From assembly GCA_965279525.1 (NCBI GenBank), contig CBDIIB010000003.1, positions 224,001 to 288,000 of the forward strand: 64,000 nt of DNA, written 5' to 3'. Positions 1 through 8,754 of this stretch are shown here, one piece after another. This stretch comes from Tagaea sp. (lineage in GTDB: Bacteria > Pseudomonadota > Alphaproteobacteria > CACIAM-22H2). The notes beneath the pieces are model-generated. The model saw nothing but the letters and a program-made list of their open reading frames with translations, was not told where the DNA came from and did not search any database. Made by a program: the position numbers and the translations under genes. How positions within the stretch are numbered: position 1 is the stretch's first letter; each line of letters begins with the position of its first letter.

Positions 1-922
1 AGTCGTCTTCGATGATCCAGGCACCCGCCTGCTCCGCGGCCCGCAGCAGCGCGAATCGGCGCTTCAGACTCATGATGTAGCCGAGCGGCTGTTGATGCGA
101 CGGCGTCACGAAGGCGAGTCGGAATTTCGCACTCTGCCGCAAGCCTTCGTCGACCTGCAGCCCCTCCCGGTCAATGGGTACAGGAACGAGGTCGGCTCCG
201 CATGCGACCAGCCCGTTGCGCGCGCCGATGGCGCCGGGATTCTCGAACCAGACCTTGTCGCCCGGATTCAGCAGGGCCGCCCCGATCTGGTAAAATGCCT
301 GCTGCGCGCCGCCGACGACGAATATCTGGCCCTTGTCGCAGGAAATGCCCCGGTTGCCGCGCAGGTGCGTGGCGATTGCCTCGCGCAGGTGCGGATGGCC
401 ATAGGGCTCACCGTATCCCATGACGTCGTCGCGCGCTCCGCGCCAGTGTTTGGCCGCGACGCGTGCCCACTGGGCCATCGGAAACGCGTCGTAGGCGGGC
501 AAGGCCGTCACAAAGGCGCGCGGACGATGTGGCAGGCGCTCGCGCCGGGAGAAGTGCGCGAAGGCCCAGCCCATCGCCCGCGAGAGCTGCGGCTGCTTCT
601 GCTGGACGGACACCTTGCCGGTTCGCGGCGGCGGGTGCGGCCGCTCGGTGCGCATCGCGTCGCTGACGAAGCTGCCCGAGCCGACGCGCGAGACGATCAG
701 GCCCTCGGCAAGCAGCCGCTCGAACGCCTCGATGACGGTGGTGCGCGAGATTCCCAGGTCACGCGCAAGCGTTCGCGTGGCCGGCAGCCGGACGCCCGTT
801 CCGATCCCGCCCGAAAGCATCAATTCGCGCAATCCGACATAGAGCTGCGTGCCGATCGGGCGAGAGGACGCGGGATCGATCTGGATCCCAAGCAGCAATG
901 CTCCGCCCGCCCGCTTCACCAT
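1..922 (-). CDS. MocR/GabR-family (GntR wHTH + PLP aminotransferase-like) transcriptional regulator, 3' end runs off the window
   Basis: Not in the ORF track (no stop inside window). Manual translation from ATG at 922: MVKRAGGALLLGIQIDPASSRPIGTQLYVGLRELMLSGGIGTGVRLPATRTLARDLGISRTTVIEAFERLLAEGLIVSRVGSGSFV, a GntR wHTH followed by a long C-terminal domain; divergent from the 1046 operon. Confidence 0.9.
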   Translation of the reverse strand, partial: MVKRAGGALLLGIQIDPASSRPIGTQLYVGLRELMLSGGIGTGVRLPATRTLARDLGISRTTVIEAFERLLAEGLIVSRVGSGSFVSDAMRTERPHPPPRTGKVSVQQKQPQLSRAMGWAFAHFSRRERLPHRPRAFVTALPAYDAFPMAQWARVAAKHWRGARDDVMGYGEPYGHPHLREAIATHLRGNRGISCDKGQIFVVGGAQQAFYQIGAALLNPGDKVWFENPGAIGARNGLVACGADLVPVPIDREGLQVDEGLRQSAKFRLAFVTPSHQQPLGYIMSLKRRFALLRAAEQAGAWIIEDD

Positions 923-956
923 TGCTTCCGCTCCGCCATTGGCCGTGCTTCCAAAA

Positions 957-1000
957 TGGTATCATAGAATTTATAGATTGGACCTACGAATGCGGCCATT
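957..1000. promoter_or_regulatory. Putative MocR-type operator in divergent promoter
   Basis: TGGTAT (957-962) and TGGACC (979-984) are 22 bp apart around an AT-rich spacer, with an inverted GGCCA at 994-998. A direct+direct+inverted layout is typical of MocR-family sites, and TGGTAT is the reverse complement of the GabR box ATACCA. Confidence 0.5.
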
Positions 1001-1045
1001 GAACCGGGATGATCCGGACCATCGACACTCCGGACCCGGCACGCC

Positions 1046-2152
1046 ATGAAAATCCGCAAGATCGAGACGTTCTGCGATGAGTTCGTCGGCTTCGTGCGCG
1101 TGACGGCAGAAGATGGCGCCGAAGGCTGGGGTCAGGTCTCGACCTACAACGCCGATATCACCTCTTTGATCCTCCACCGGCAGGTGGCACCTTGGTCCCT
1201 GGGGCATGACGCGGCCGACATTGCCGGGATCATCGATCTCATTCCCGAGCGCGAGCACAAGTTTCCCGGCAGCTATCTCTGCCGCGCGATGACGGGGCTC
1301 GACACCGCCCTTTGGGATATGGCCGGCAAGCGCGCGAAGAAGAGCGTGTGCGAGCTGATCGGGGGGACGCCGGGGAAGCTGCGAGCCTATGCCTCGTCGA
1401 TGAAGCGCGACATCAGTCCGCGGGGCGAGGCCGAACGTTTTGAGCGTCTTCGGGACCGTTTCGGATTTGACGCGTTCAAGTTCCGCGTCGGTGCCGAATA
1501 TGGCCACGACATCGACGAGTGGCCGGGCCGCACCGAGGAAATCGTGCCGACGGTGCGCAAGGCGCTGGGCGACAAGATCGATCTGCTGGTTGACGCAAAC
1601 AGCGCATTCTCGCCCAAGCGCGCCATCGAAGTCGGCCGTCTTCTCGAGGCGAACGGGATCGGCCACTTCGAAGAGCCCTGCCCATACTGGGAACTCGAGC
1701 AGACAAGAAGCGTCCGCGAGGCGCTTTCGCTCGACGTCACCGGTGGCGAGCAGGACTGCTATATCCCGATCTGGCGCCATATGATCGAAATGGGTGCCGT
1801 CGACATCGTGCAGCCGGACGTCTGCTATATGGGCGGTTTGGTGCGCACGCTGCGGGTCGCCGCAATGGCGCACGCGGCCGGAATTCCATGCACGCCGCAC
1901 AGCGCGAACCTCTCGATGGTCACGCTGTTCACGATGCATCTGCTCCGTGCCATCCCGAACGCGGGCAAGTACCTGGAGTTCTCGATCGAAGGTGCCGACT
2001 ACTACCCTTGGCAGGACGGGCTGTTCCGCAAGTCGCCTTACGACGTCGTCGACGGGCACGTCCACGTCACGGACGAGCCGGGCTGGGGGGTCGAGATCGA
2101 TCCGGCATGGCTCGACAAGTCGACCTATCAGGCGAGCGAGGTCCCGGCCTGA
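1046..2152 (+). CDS. Mandelate racemase/muconate lactonizing enzyme (enolase superfamily) protein, substrate unknown
   Basis: GLDTALWD, AFKFRVG, metal ligands LLVDAN / HFEEP / GGEQD, VQPDV and TPHS (His-Asp dyad). Confidence 0.9.
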   Translation: MKIRKIETFCDEFVGFVRVTAEDGAEGWGQVSTYNADITSLILHRQVAPWSLGHDAADIAGIIDLIPEREHKFPGSYLCRAMTGLDTALWDMAGKRAKKSVCELIGGTPGKLRAYASSMKRDISPRGEAERFERLRDRFGFDAFKFRVGAEYGHDIDEWPGRTEEIVPTVRKALGDKIDLLVDANSAFSPKRAIEVGRLLEANGIGHFEEPCPYWELEQTRSVREALSLDVTGGEQDCYIPIWRHMIEMGAVDIVQPDVCYMGGLVRTLRVAAMAHAAGIPCTPHSANLSMVTLFTMHLLRAIPNAGKYLEFSIEGADYYPWQDGLFRKSPYDVVDGHVHVTDEPGWGVEIDPAWLDKSTYQASEVPA

Positions 2153-3645
2153 TGCCGGCGGGCTTCGCCGAACTGACGGCCGAAGCGCTGGCAACCGGTA
2201 CGTTGTCCGGCTTGCCTGACCGCCATGTGATCGACGGTGTCGCATTGCCGGCGGCGAAGGGGCGGCGGATGGACGTCTTCGATCCGGGAACCGGCCGGGT
2301 CTTCACGCAGGTTTCCGCCGGCGACGCGGAGGATGTCGATGCCGCGGTTCTCGCTGCAAGGCGCGCGCTCAAGGGCCCGTGGGGCCGGATCGTTCCGGCC
2401 GAGCGCGGCCGCGTCCTTGCCCGCGCTGCGGCAATGATCCGGGCAGAAGCCGAACGTCTGGCGGTCGTCGAGACGCTGGATTCCGGCAAGCGGCTTGTCG
2501 AGGCGAAGGGAGACGTCGCGGGAGCGGCACGGGCGTTCGAATACTACGCAGGTGCCTGCGACAAGCTGCAGGGCGAGAGTATCCCGCTGGGGCCGGACTA
2601 CCTTGCCTATACGCTGAACGAGCCGGCGGGGGTGGCCGCGCAGATCGTGCCCTGGAACTACCCGATTTCCACGCTGGCGCGCGGGCTGGCACCTGCACTT
2701 GCAGCCGGTTGCGCCGTCGTCGCCAAGCCTGCGGAGCAGACGCCGCTTACGGCCTTGATGCTCGCCGATCTTCTGTTGCGGGCTGGCCTGCCGGCGGGGG
2801 TGTTCAATGTCGTGACCGGGACGGGAGCCGACGCCGGTGCGCCGCTGGTGGCACACCCGGGCGTCGATCACATCACGTTTACGGGTTCCGTCGCGACCGG
2901 CATCGGCGTAATGCGCGCGGCGGCCGCCAACGTCACGCGACTTGTGCTGGAGCTTGGCGGCAAGTCGCCGGTCGTGGTCCTAGCCGATGCCGATCTGGAT
3001 GCCGCCCTCGAGGGCGTTCTGGGCGCCATATTCGAGAACGCCGGTCAGATCTGCTCGGCCGGCTCGCGGTTGATCGTCGAGCGGCGCATCCACGCTGCCT
3101 TTGTCGAGCGTGTCGCCGCCCGCGCACGCGCCATGAAGCTCGGTCACGGGCTCCGGCCGTGCGACATGGGGCCGGTCAATTCGCCGCTCCAGCTCGATCG
3201 CATCTCTGGCTTCGTCGATCGAGCGACGGCACGAGGCGCCAATCTGCTGTGCGGCGGCCGGCGCGACGTCGATCCGGAAAGCGGTCGCGGCTGGTTCTAC
3301 CAGCCGACAGTCCTCGACGACCTGGCGCCGGGCGACGAAGCGGTGACCTCGGAGATATTCGGCCCGGTTTTGGCGGTGCAGGTTGCCGACGATGTCGCGC
3401 ATGCCGCCGAACTTGCCAACGGAACGGAGTTCGCGCTCGTGGCCGGCATCTACACGAGCGATTTTGCCACGGCGCACCGGCTGGCCCGCGAGATCGATGC
3501 CGGCCAAGTCTACATCAACGAGTACTTCGCCGGTGGCATCGAGACGCCATTCGGCGGCAACCGCAAATCGGGATTCGGGCGCGAGAAAGGCATCGAAGCC
3601 TTGCGTAGCTACTGTAGGGTCAAGAGCGTAGCGGCGCGTCTGTAA
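2152..3645 (+). CDS. NAD(P)+-dependent aldehyde dehydrogenase
   Basis: IVPWNYP, KPAEQTP, FTGS, LELGGKSP, NAGQICSAGSR (catalytic Cys), EIFGPV, PFGG; ATG overlaps the upstream TGA. Confidence 0.95.
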   Translation: MPAGFAELTAEALATGTLSGLPDRHVIDGVALPAAKGRRMDVFDPGTGRVFTQVSAGDAEDVDAAVLAARRALKGPWGRIVPAERGRVLARAAAMIRAEAERLAVVETLDSGKRLVEAKGDVAGAARAFEYYAGACDKLQGESIPLGPDYLAYTLNEPAGVAAQIVPWNYPISTLARGLAPALAAGCAVVAKPAEQTPLTALMLADLLLRAGLPAGVFNVVTGTGADAGAPLVAHPGVDHITFTGSVATGIGVMRAAAANVTRLVLELGGKSPVVVLADADLDAALEGVLGAIFENAGQICSAGSRLIVERRIHAAFVERVAARARAMKLGHGLRPCDMGPVNSPLQLDRISGFVDRATARGANLLCGGRRDVDPESGRGWFYQPTVLDDLAPGDEAVTSEIFGPVLAVQVADDVAHAAELANGTEFALVAGIYTSDFATAHRLAREIDAGQVYINEYFAGGIETPFGGNRKSGFGREKGIEALRSYCRVKSVAARL

Positions 3646-3732
3646 ATGGTATTGCGGACGGTTCCAGAATGGCCCTGTTCTACCGACCAAAATAGCGTCG
3701 ACACTTGTCGTCGCATCAAAAGGAGGCCCGCC

Positions 3733-4797
3733 ATGAACATGAAGCCAAGAACACTTTCGATCCTCGCCGCGGTGCTGATGGGAAGTGCAGCACTCACGCT
3801 CGCGACACGCGACGCGAATGCCCAGACGATCACGGTCGTTTCCTTCGGCGGTTCCTATCAGGACGGCCAGAGCAAGGCCCTGTTCCAGCCTGCCGCAAAG
3901 GCACTCGGGATCACCGTCAAGGAAGAGACCTATACGGGCATTGCCGACCTGCGGCTCAAGGTGAGGGCCAATGCCGTGACCTGGGACATCGTCGCCAGCG
4001 GCTCGGGCAGTGCCGCGCGGGCGGGCGCCGAAGGCATCCTCGAGAAGCTCGACTACAAGATCATCGATACGAAGGACTTCCTGCCGAATCTTGCCGGCGA
4101 ATACTGTGTCGGCGGCGACGTGTTCTCGACCGTGCTCGCCTGGAACACCAAGACCTACGGCAACAACGGCCCGCAGAGCTGGGCGGACTTCTGGGACGTC
4201 AAGAAGTTTCCCGGCAAGCGTTCCTACCGCAAGGGTGTTGCAGGCGCTCTCGAGCCGGCCCTGATGGCTGACGGCGTGGCGCCGGCGGATGTCTACAAGG
4301 TACTGGGGGCACCCGGCGGCATCGAGCGCGCGATCAAAAAGATCAAGGAACTGAAGCCGCACGTCGCCGTGTGGTGGTCGTCCGGGGCGCAGCATGCGCA
4401 GCTTATGAAGGACGGCGAAGTCGACATGATCACCGGCTGGAACGGCCGCTTCGACGTGGTTGCGAAGGACGGTGCGCAGGTCGCATACACCTTCAACCAA
4501 GCGCTGCTCGACTATGACTGCTTCGGCATTCCCAAGGGCGCGCCGAACAAGGACCTCGCCATGAAGTTCCTGGCCGAGGTCAGCAAGCCGCAGTACCAGG
4601 CAGAGTTCACGAAGTACATCACCTACGGGCCGACCAACAAGAAGGCCTACGACCTCGGGACCATCGACGCGGCCTATGCCAAGCGGCTGCCGTCGCATCC
4701 GGACAATGCGGCCAAGCAGGTCACGGTCGATCTCGAATGGTACATCAAGTTCGAGGCGCAGGCCGCGGCCGCCTACGAGAACATGCTGACCGAATAG
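3733..4797 (+). CDS. PotD/PotF-like ABC transporter substrate-binding protein
   Basis: AGGAGG RBS, signal peptide, SFGGSYQ, PQSWADFWDVKKFPGKR, WNGR, YGPTN motifs. Confidence 0.9.
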   Translation: MNMKPRTLSILAAVLMGSAALTLATRDANAQTITVVSFGGSYQDGQSKALFQPAAKALGITVKEETYTGIADLRLKVRANAVTWDIVASGSGSAARAGAEGILEKLDYKIIDTKDFLPNLAGEYCVGGDVFSTVLAWNTKTYGNNGPQSWADFWDVKKFPGKRSYRKGVAGALEPALMADGVAPADVYKVLGAPGGIERAIKKIKELKPHVAVWWSSGAQHAQLMKDGEVDMITGWNGRFDVVAKDGAQVAYTFNQALLDYDCFGIPKGAPNKDLAMKFLAEVSKPQYQAEFTKYITYGPTNKKAYDLGTIDAAYAKRLPSHPDNAAKQVTVDLEWYIKFEAQAAAAYENMLTE

Positions 4798-4805
4798 GCG
4801 ACTGG

Positions 4806-4839
4806 CGGAATGCGGCGTGCACCGGCACGCCGCATTCCG
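4806..4839 (+). terminator. Perfect 15-bp GC hairpin after the SBP gene (mRNA stabiliser or attenuator)
   Basis: CGGAATGCGGCGTGC-ACCG-GCACGCCGCATTCCG; no clear U-tract. Confidence 0.6.
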
Positions 4840-4869
4840 TTCCCGCCGGACGACGGATAGAGTGTGGAC

Positions 4870-5946
4870 ATGGCACGCGAGGCAGCACTCCCCATCACCA
4901 TCCGGCAGTTGACCAAGAGCTACGGCAAGCTCCGGGTCCTCGATTCGGTCGATCTTGATATCCGCAGCGGCGAGTTCCTCACGCTGCTGGGCCCGTCAGG
5001 GTCGGGCAAGACGACCTTGCTGATGATGCTGGCCGGGTTCGTACGTCCCGATCACGGCAGCCTGAAATTCGGAGATCGTGAAGTCATCCGACTGGCGCCT
5101 CACAAGCGCGACGTCGGGATGGTCTTTCAGAACTATGCGCTGTTCCCGCACATGGATGTGGCGGCAAACATCGCGTTCCCGTTGAAGCTGCGTGGCATTG
5201 CAGGCGGCGAGGTCGGCCGGCGTGTCGAGCAGGCGCTCGAACTCGTCAAGCTTGGCGGATATGGCGCGCGACGGATAGACCAGCTCTCCGGCGGTCAGCG
5301 CCAGCGCATCGCGCTCGCTCGCGCGATCGTCTTCGAGCCGCGTATCCTCCTGATGGACGAGCCGCTGTCCGCCCTCGACAAGCAGCTTCGCGAGCATATG
5401 CAGATCGAGCTCCGCCAGCTTCACGAACGTCTCGGGATGACGACGGTCTATGTCACGCACGACCAGCGCGAGGCGTTGACGATGTCGGACCGTATCGCGG
5501 TCATCGACCAAGGCAGCATCATGCAGATTGCCCCGCCGCGCGATCTGTACGAGCGTCCGGCCAATCGTTTCGTTGCCGAGTTCATCGGGGAATCGACGTT
5601 CGTTCCGGTCGACGTGGCGGATGGCGAATGCCGTCTCGACGGCACGACGCTGCGGCTGGCGGAGCGCCCGGCAGGCAAGGGCGGGCGCCTGCTGATGATC
5701 CGGCCCGAGCGGCTTGCGATCCTCGGTGACGGACCGGCTGATGATTTCAACGTACTGCCCGCGAAGGTCCTGGCCGCGATCTACCAGGGCGACAGCGTCC
5801 TGCTGCATGCCGCGATCGGCGGCGGTACGCGCGTCGCCGTGCGTGGCACGGCATCCGGCCGGTTGCCGCGCGCCGGCGACGTTCTGCGCCTCGGCCTTCG
5901 TCCGGCTGACACCTATCTGCTTTCCGAAAGCGAGCCATCTTCGTGA
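4870..5946 (+). CDS. PotA-like ABC transporter ATP-binding protein
   Basis: Walker A GPSGSGKT, LSGGQRQR, LLMDEPLSALD, YVTHDQ, C-terminal TOBE-like region; alternative GTG start at 4864. Confidence 0.95.
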   Translation: MAREAALPITIRQLTKSYGKLRVLDSVDLDIRSGEFLTLLGPSGSGKTTLLMMLAGFVRPDHGSLKFGDREVIRLAPHKRDVGMVFQNYALFPHMDVAANIAFPLKLRGIAGGEVGRRVEQALELVKLGGYGARRIDQLSGGQRQRIALARAIVFEPRILLMDEPLSALDKQLREHMQIELRQLHERLGMTTVYVTHDQREALTMSDRIAVIDQGSIMQIAPPRDLYERPANRFVAEFIGESTFVPVDVADGECRLDGTTLRLAERPAGKGGRLLMIRPERLAILGDGPADDFNVLPAKVLAAIYQGDSVLLHAAIGGGTRVAVRGTASGRLPRAGDVLRLGLRPADTYLLSESEPSS

Positions 5947-6830
5947 CGCAGGCCGCGCTCAACGCGACCGGGCTGCGTCGCGACGCGTTCCTCGAACGTC
6001 TGGCGTTGTTCGGTCTCAGCGGGCCGGCGGTGCTGCTGGTCTTCGTGACGATGGTGCTTCCCGTCGGCTGGCTGTTCTGGCTGTCGTTCCTCGACGACAC
6101 CGGCGCGCTCAGTCTCGAGCATTATCGACGCATGATCGAGCAGCCGTCCTATGGGCGCACATTCCGCACGACATTCGAAGTCAGCCTCCTGACCACCGGA
6201 ATCTGCGTTGCGCTTGGCTATCCTCTTGCCTATGTGCTGTCACAGTTACCGCGGCGAGTGGCAAATCTCTGCATGATCGCGGTCATGCTGCCTTTCTGGA
6301 CGTCACTCCTGGTGCGGACATACGCATGGCTTGTACTTCTTCAGCGGCGCGGGGTCGTCAATAGTTGGGGAATCAAGCTCGGACTTTGGGACGAGCCGCT
6401 GACGCTGGTGAACAACCTGAATGGCACGCTGATCGGGATGGTCCACATCATGCTGCCGTTCCTCGTGCTTCCGGTCTACGGATCGATGCGCGCGATCGAC
6501 CGGGATTTCCTCAAGGCCGCCGCCAATCTGGGTGCAAGTCCGGTACGCGCGTTCTGGCAGGTCTTCCTGCCGCTCTCGATGCCGGGCCTCGTCGCGGGGG
6601 TCCTCATCGTTTTCATCCTTTGCCTCGGCTTCTATGTCACCCCGGCCGTCCTCGGCGGCGGCAAGGTCACGATGGTGGCCAACCGAATCGCGACCGACAT
6701 CGAGGTTTTCTTCAACTGGGGAGCGGCGAGTGCGCTCGGTGTCGTGCTCTTCGTACTGACGATGGTCCTTCTCTATATCGCGGCCCGCTTGGTCGGGTTG
6801 AACCGCGTGCTGGGCGGGAGCGACTCATGA
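5943..6830 (+). CDS. PotB-like ABC permease
   Basis: LPFWTSLLVRTYAW, AAANLGA loop, multiple TM segments. Confidence 0.93.
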   Translation: MTQAALNATGLRRDAFLERLALFGLSGPAVLLVFVTMVLPVGWLFWLSFLDDTGALSLEHYRRMIEQPSYGRTFRTTFEVSLLTTGICVALGYPLAYVLSQLPRRVANLCMIAVMLPFWTSLLVRTYAWLVLLQRRGVVNSWGIKLGLWDEPLTLVNNLNGTLIGMVHIMLPFLVLPVYGSMRAIDRDFLKAAANLGASPVRAFWQVFLPLSMPGLVAGVLIVFILCLGFYVTPAVLGGGKVTMVANRIATDIEVFFNWGAASALGVVLFVLTMVLLYIAARLVGLNRVLGGSDS

Positions 6831-7642
6831 GGTGGCTCGACAATGCCGCAAGCGAGACACAGATCACGCACCGGCACCGGCTCTGGCTCTACGTGCTCGC
6901 TGGATTCGTCATGATTTTCCTCATGCTGCCGACACTCATCGTCATCCCGATGTCCTTCTCGGAGTCGCAGTATCTCGAGTTTCCGCCGCGCGAATGGTCG
7001 CTGCGCTGGTATCGGAACTATTTCGACTCCGTCTCGTGGATGCAGGCGACGGCGACGTCCTTCAAAGCCGGGATCCTGACCATGCTGGTCTCGACCACGG
7101 TCGGAACGATGGCCGCCTACGGCCTGCACACGTCGCGGTTCCGCTGGACCGGCCCGATACTGGCGCTTCTTCTGACGCCCATCATCGTCCCGGTAATCCT
7201 TGTCGGCATCGGTGTCTTCTATGCGTATGTGCGGCTCGGGCTCGTGAATACGCTGACGGGCATCGTGCTTGCGCACAGCATGCTCGCAATCCCGCTGGTC
7301 GTGATGGTCGTTTCGTCGGCGCTCAAGAGCTTCGACATGAACCAGGAACTGGTCGCGCGCAGCCTCGGCGCCTCCCGTCCGCGCGCCTTCTTCCTCGTCA
7401 CGCTGCCGCAGATCCGTTTCGCGGTCATCACCGGCGCGGTGCTTTCGTTCCTGACATCGTTCGACGAAGTGATCGTGGCGCTTTTCATCTCCGGCGGTCC
7501 GAATTCGACGCTGACGCGGAACATGTTCGCAGCGCTGCGCGATCAGATCGATCCGACGATCGCGGCGATCTCGACGCTCGTGGTTCTTCTCACATCGGCG
7601 CTTCTGGCCCTGTCCCAGCTGCTCGGCAAGTCGGAGCGTTGA
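6827..7642 (+). CDS. PotC-like ABC permease
   Basis: FPPREWSLRWY, ARSLGA, SFDEV motifs; ATGA overlap with upstream gene (true start inside ORF 6365..7642). Confidence 0.93.
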   Translation: MRWLDNAASETQITHRHRLWLYVLAGFVMIFLMLPTLIVIPMSFSESQYLEFPPREWSLRWYRNYFDSVSWMQATATSFKAGILTMLVSTTVGTMAAYGLHTSRFRWTGPILALLLTPIIVPVILVGIGVFYAYVRLGLVNTLTGIVLAHSMLAIPLVVMVVSSALKSFDMNQELVARSLGASRPRAFFLVTLPQIRFAVITGAVLSFLTSFDEVIVALFISGGPNSTLTRNMFAALRDQIDPTIAAISTLVVLLTSALLALSQLLGKSER

Positions 7643-7675
7643 TACGTTTCATCCCGTCGTCATTCGACTTTGTCT

Positions 7676-7734
7676 GCTGAAAATTCCTTCTCGATCTGTC
7701 GAGCGTCAGTCCAATTAACGACCTAATTTTCAGC
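7676..7734. repeat. 10-bp perfect inverted repeat enclosing a smaller hairpin
   Basis: GCTGAAAATT (7676-7685) / AATTTTCAGC (7725-7734), with internal CTCGA-TCTG-TCGAG. Confidence 0.5.
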
Positions 7735-7896
7735 GGTTAGCCCGCTCGCTGCCCTGCAACGCCTCGACGGCCGGTCGAGTGATTCCGGTGGAATATCAAG
7801 GCAGCATGAGCGTTCTCTCGATGCGTCGGCCATAAGATTGCGTTGGCAAATTAATGCACCCATAATGGTTGAATAACCCGGGAGCATCGTCAGAAA

Positions 7897-8754
7897 GTGC
7901 CGGCCAGAAGCCCGCAAGGAACAGCAGGCTCGCCCTCAGCTTGGGGGCTCATCGGATTTGGCATTTATTTGTGTTTTCTCATTCAGTCAGCGGGTGCGCA
8001 GGCGGTCAATCAGTCACCAGAGTTGAGTGCCGCAACGGGAGCCCTTCGCGCGCGCAGCGAAGAGTTCAAACGGGAGGATCAAGCCTACAGATCCGTCCAG
8101 ACCGGTCAGAAAATGTCGACGGCCGAGCGCGACGACTATGCGGAGTTTGTTGCCGGTCTCCGCCGGAAATTTCTCGAGCAGTGCGAAGTGGTCCGAGGCC
8201 TTGGCGGTGAAAGCGCCATTGCCGAGTTCGACTGCGTCCGCGCCGGACCGCTTGTCGCCCGCGCGAGTCTCGCTCCTGTTCAAGCGGTCCAGACGGACGA
8301 CGAAAAGCGAGCGGCAGTTCAGGCGCGCCTGAACCAGATCGAGGGTGCGATCGATGAGGATCTGTTGAAGCGCCAGCAGGAGATCAAGCAGGCCGATGCC
8401 CAGCCTTCCGGGGGCAGTGCTGCCGGAGGTGCGTCAGGTCAGTCTGGCAGCGGCGGCCAGGGAGGGAGCGGCGCCAGCCAGGCAGCCGCAGCGCAGGCCG
8501 CAGGCGGTGGTGCACGTGCCGGTTCCCCGAACAGCTCGACGGCATCGGCTGCGAACGCCGGACAAGGCCTGGCCTCACCCGGCGCATCTCCGCCTGCAGC
8601 AGGCCAGCATGAACGGCAGGCAGTTGCCGACGGCGGCGTTGGCGACGACATCGTTGCACGCCAGCTAAGGGAGGCCGCCGAGAGGGAAGCCGATCCGGCG
8701 CTCCGGGAAAAACTCTGGGCCGAATATCGAAAGTATCGGGAGGCAAAAAAGTGA
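7897..8754 (+). CDS. Hypothetical exported protein: helical N-domain, Gly/Ser/Ala/Gln-rich linker, charged C-terminal helix motif
   Basis: Hydrophobic N-terminus ending SAGA-QA; low-complexity GGSAAGGASGQSGSGGQGGSG; C-terminal DDIVARQLREAAEREADPALREKLWAEYRKY; stop overlaps next GTG. Start codon uncertain. Confidence 0.75.
   Translation: MPARSPQGTAGSPSAWGLIGFGIYLCFLIQSAGAQAVNQSPELSAATGALRARSEEFKREDQAYRSVQTGQKMSTAERDDYAEFVAGLRRKFLEQCEVVRGLGGESAIAEFDCVRAGPLVARASLAPVQAVQTDDEKRAAVQARLNQIEGAIDEDLLKRQQEIKQADAQPSGGSAAGGASGQSGSGGQGGSGASQAAAAQAAGGGARAGSPNSSTASAANAGQGLASPGASPPAAGQHERQAVADGGVGDDIVARQLREAAEREADPALREKLWAEYRKYREAKK

Noticed and set aside
92-967. 291-aa plus-strand ORF
   Set aside because: Antisense shadow of the MocR regulator on the minus strand, which has clear family motifs.
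7843-7858. Possible sigma-54 promoter TTGGCAAATTAATGCA upstream of the motor operon
   Set aside because: GG-to-GC spacing is one base shorter than the strict -24/-12 requirement.
8400-8640. Low-complexity stretch as a possible repeat array or CRISPR
   Set aside because: No fixed-length repeat-spacer structure; it is the coding Gly/Ser/Ala linker of ORF 7897..8754.
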